Source of the DNA: Planctomycetota bacterium
GTDB lineage: Bacteria > Planctomycetota > PLA2 > JAEUHO01
Assembly: GCA_965222115.1 (NCBI GenBank)
Contig: CBDCTJ010000003.1
Span: forward strand, 288,001 to 352,000
Direction: 5' to 3'
DNA: 64,000 nt
In this document: positions 62,840 through 64,000 of the stretch, piece by piece
Position numbering within the stretch: the stretch's first letter is position 1
Layout: the number at the start of each line of letters is the position of its first letter
Made by a program: the position numbers and the translations under genes
The notes under the pieces: model-generated
Database searches by the model: none
Told to the model about the DNA's origin: nothing
What the model saw: only the letters and a program-made list of their open reading frames with translations

Positions 62840-63601
62840 GTGCTAGATCAAGCTACGATCGAGATCGCTGATCACTGGTGGGCGCGAGGATTTGATAGCC
62901 GTCCGAGCGATTTGCGCCCGACAAGCACACATGTGCAAGAGCACGCGGGTTCGCAACTAGGTAAGACGGGAATTTGGATTCTCGCTGTAGGCCCTTCGCC
63001 GCTGGTGTCCCTACCAGCAAACGCGATGGATCGTCTTGCCGAGCGCGCGTCGACGTGGACGCGCTCAACCATCTCCGAAGTTACCACGCTCGCGCGAGAA
63101 CTCCGTGTTCTTGAGCGCGACGGAATCCGCGTCGGCAAGATCGTCGGTCCCGCGTTTATCGGATACGGGACGTACCAGTCACTCACGAAGCTGTCGTCAA
63201 GCCGCGTCCGATCGGTTACCGCGTCTGACAGCAGTTCCGTGGACAGCCTTCGCTCAAAGTGTAACGATGAAGAATGGGACCACGGAGGCAGTGATCTCAA
63301 CGCGGTTCCTTGCTTTGGCTACTTTGATGAGCACGGGAACCTACTTACTCTCGCAGGATACGAAACCTGGGGCGCAGCGATCGCGCACATCTCGATCGTG
63401 AGTGCTAAGGACTCACGGGGGCAAGGATATGCAAGCGCTGCCGTTTCGCATGCCGCGCAACACGCTTTGAACGTCGGGCTGCTCCCCCAGTATCGAACGC
63501 TCATGACGAACAAATCATCGATGACGATTGCTAAGAAACTTGGATTCGAGCCGTACGGATTCTCGGTCTATGTACGACTGCATCCGGATTCTGCCTACTG
63601 A
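62840..63601 (+). CDS. GNAT acetyltransferase
   Basis: 'RGQGYA', 'N.SSM.IAKKLGF'. Confidence 0.8.
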   Translation: MLDQATIEIADHWWARGFDSRPSDLRPTSTHVQEHAGSQLGKTGIWILAVGPSPLVSLPANAMDRLAERASTWTRSTISEVTTLARELRVLERDGIRVGKIVGPAFIGYGTYQSLTKLSSSRVRSVTASDSSSVDSLRSKCNDEEWDHGGSDLNAVPCFGYFDEHGNLLTLAGYETWGAAIAHISIVSAKDSRGQGYASAAVSHAAQHALNVGLLPQYRTLMTNKSSMTIAKKLGFEPYGFSVYVRLHPDSAY

Positions 63602-63879
63602 CGTCCACGTAAGCGCGCCGTGAATCGCTTATCGCCTCCCCACTCTTAGGACCGGATCACAGGTGACGGGTGACGGGAAACGAAAAACGAGAAACAAGGC
63701 GCGAATCGCTCGAAATTACACTCAGCACTCTTCTACGTTCGCCCCCTGCGCCTCCGCAACGCCGCGCCTCTGCGTGGAACAGGCCGCGTCTGGCTTAGGA
63801 GCGGCCCACTCCGCCCTCGCCACGACCATCGAGTAGGGTGGACTCGTCCCATCAATGTATTCGGGCTAGGATCCGACGC

Positions 63880-64000
63880 ATGGGTCAATTACGCCAAGCG
63901 GTACTCCTCCTCTTCATAGCGTTTCACGTTTCTTGTGGCGGCGGGGGCGGAGGTAATGACACAGCGCCGATCGTGCCCGATCCGGTGCTCGGGTCAATAG
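63880..64000 (+). CDS. Lipoprotein, 5' fragment running off the window
   Basis: MGQLRQAVLLLFIAFHVS-C-GGGGGGNDTAP, the same C-poly-Gly leader as the other lipoproteins here. Confidence 0.6.
   Translation, partial: MGQLRQAVLLLFIAFHVSCGGGGGGNDTAPIVPDPVLGSI

Noticed and set aside
63660-63780. Short heptamer-like repeats and a CCTCTGCGTG-type motif (similar to 2851-2877)
   Set aside because: Too short and degenerate to call as a REP family from this window alone.

Overview
GC-rich bacterial chromosomal window. The Hanks kinase/FGE fusion, FHA-kinase, CHAT-TPR and many Cys-Gly-rich lipoproteins suggest a Planctomycetota-like organism, but that is inference only. Housekeeping genes (fldA, sodA, accD, rpe, gap, tilS, tatA, yggS, purN, proline dehydrogenase, parE/parC, thiC with a TPP riboswitch) flank an accessory region of secreted and lipoprotein genes (~14-35.7 kb) that ends at a tRNA-Asn locus. 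Signals not shown by the ORF track: (1) two hidden selenoprotein genes, each with an in-frame TGA at the catalytic position and an fdhF-like SECIS hairpin (an ArsC/Spx-like UxxC protein and a secreted deiodinase-like protein); (2) a tRNA-Asn locus with one intact gene, a second 160-nt expanded copy, and two ~94-bp T-arm-derived modules with identical inverted ends, next to a tyrosine-integrase fragment; (3) three paralogous lipoproteins built from 27-aa YD-like repeats, each carrying a DxDxDG-type loop; (4) a TPR/SLOG-like/class III cyclase fusion; (5) a ParE with a histone-H1-like basic tail. All calls come from reading motifs by eye. No database searches were run, and several start codons are estimates.
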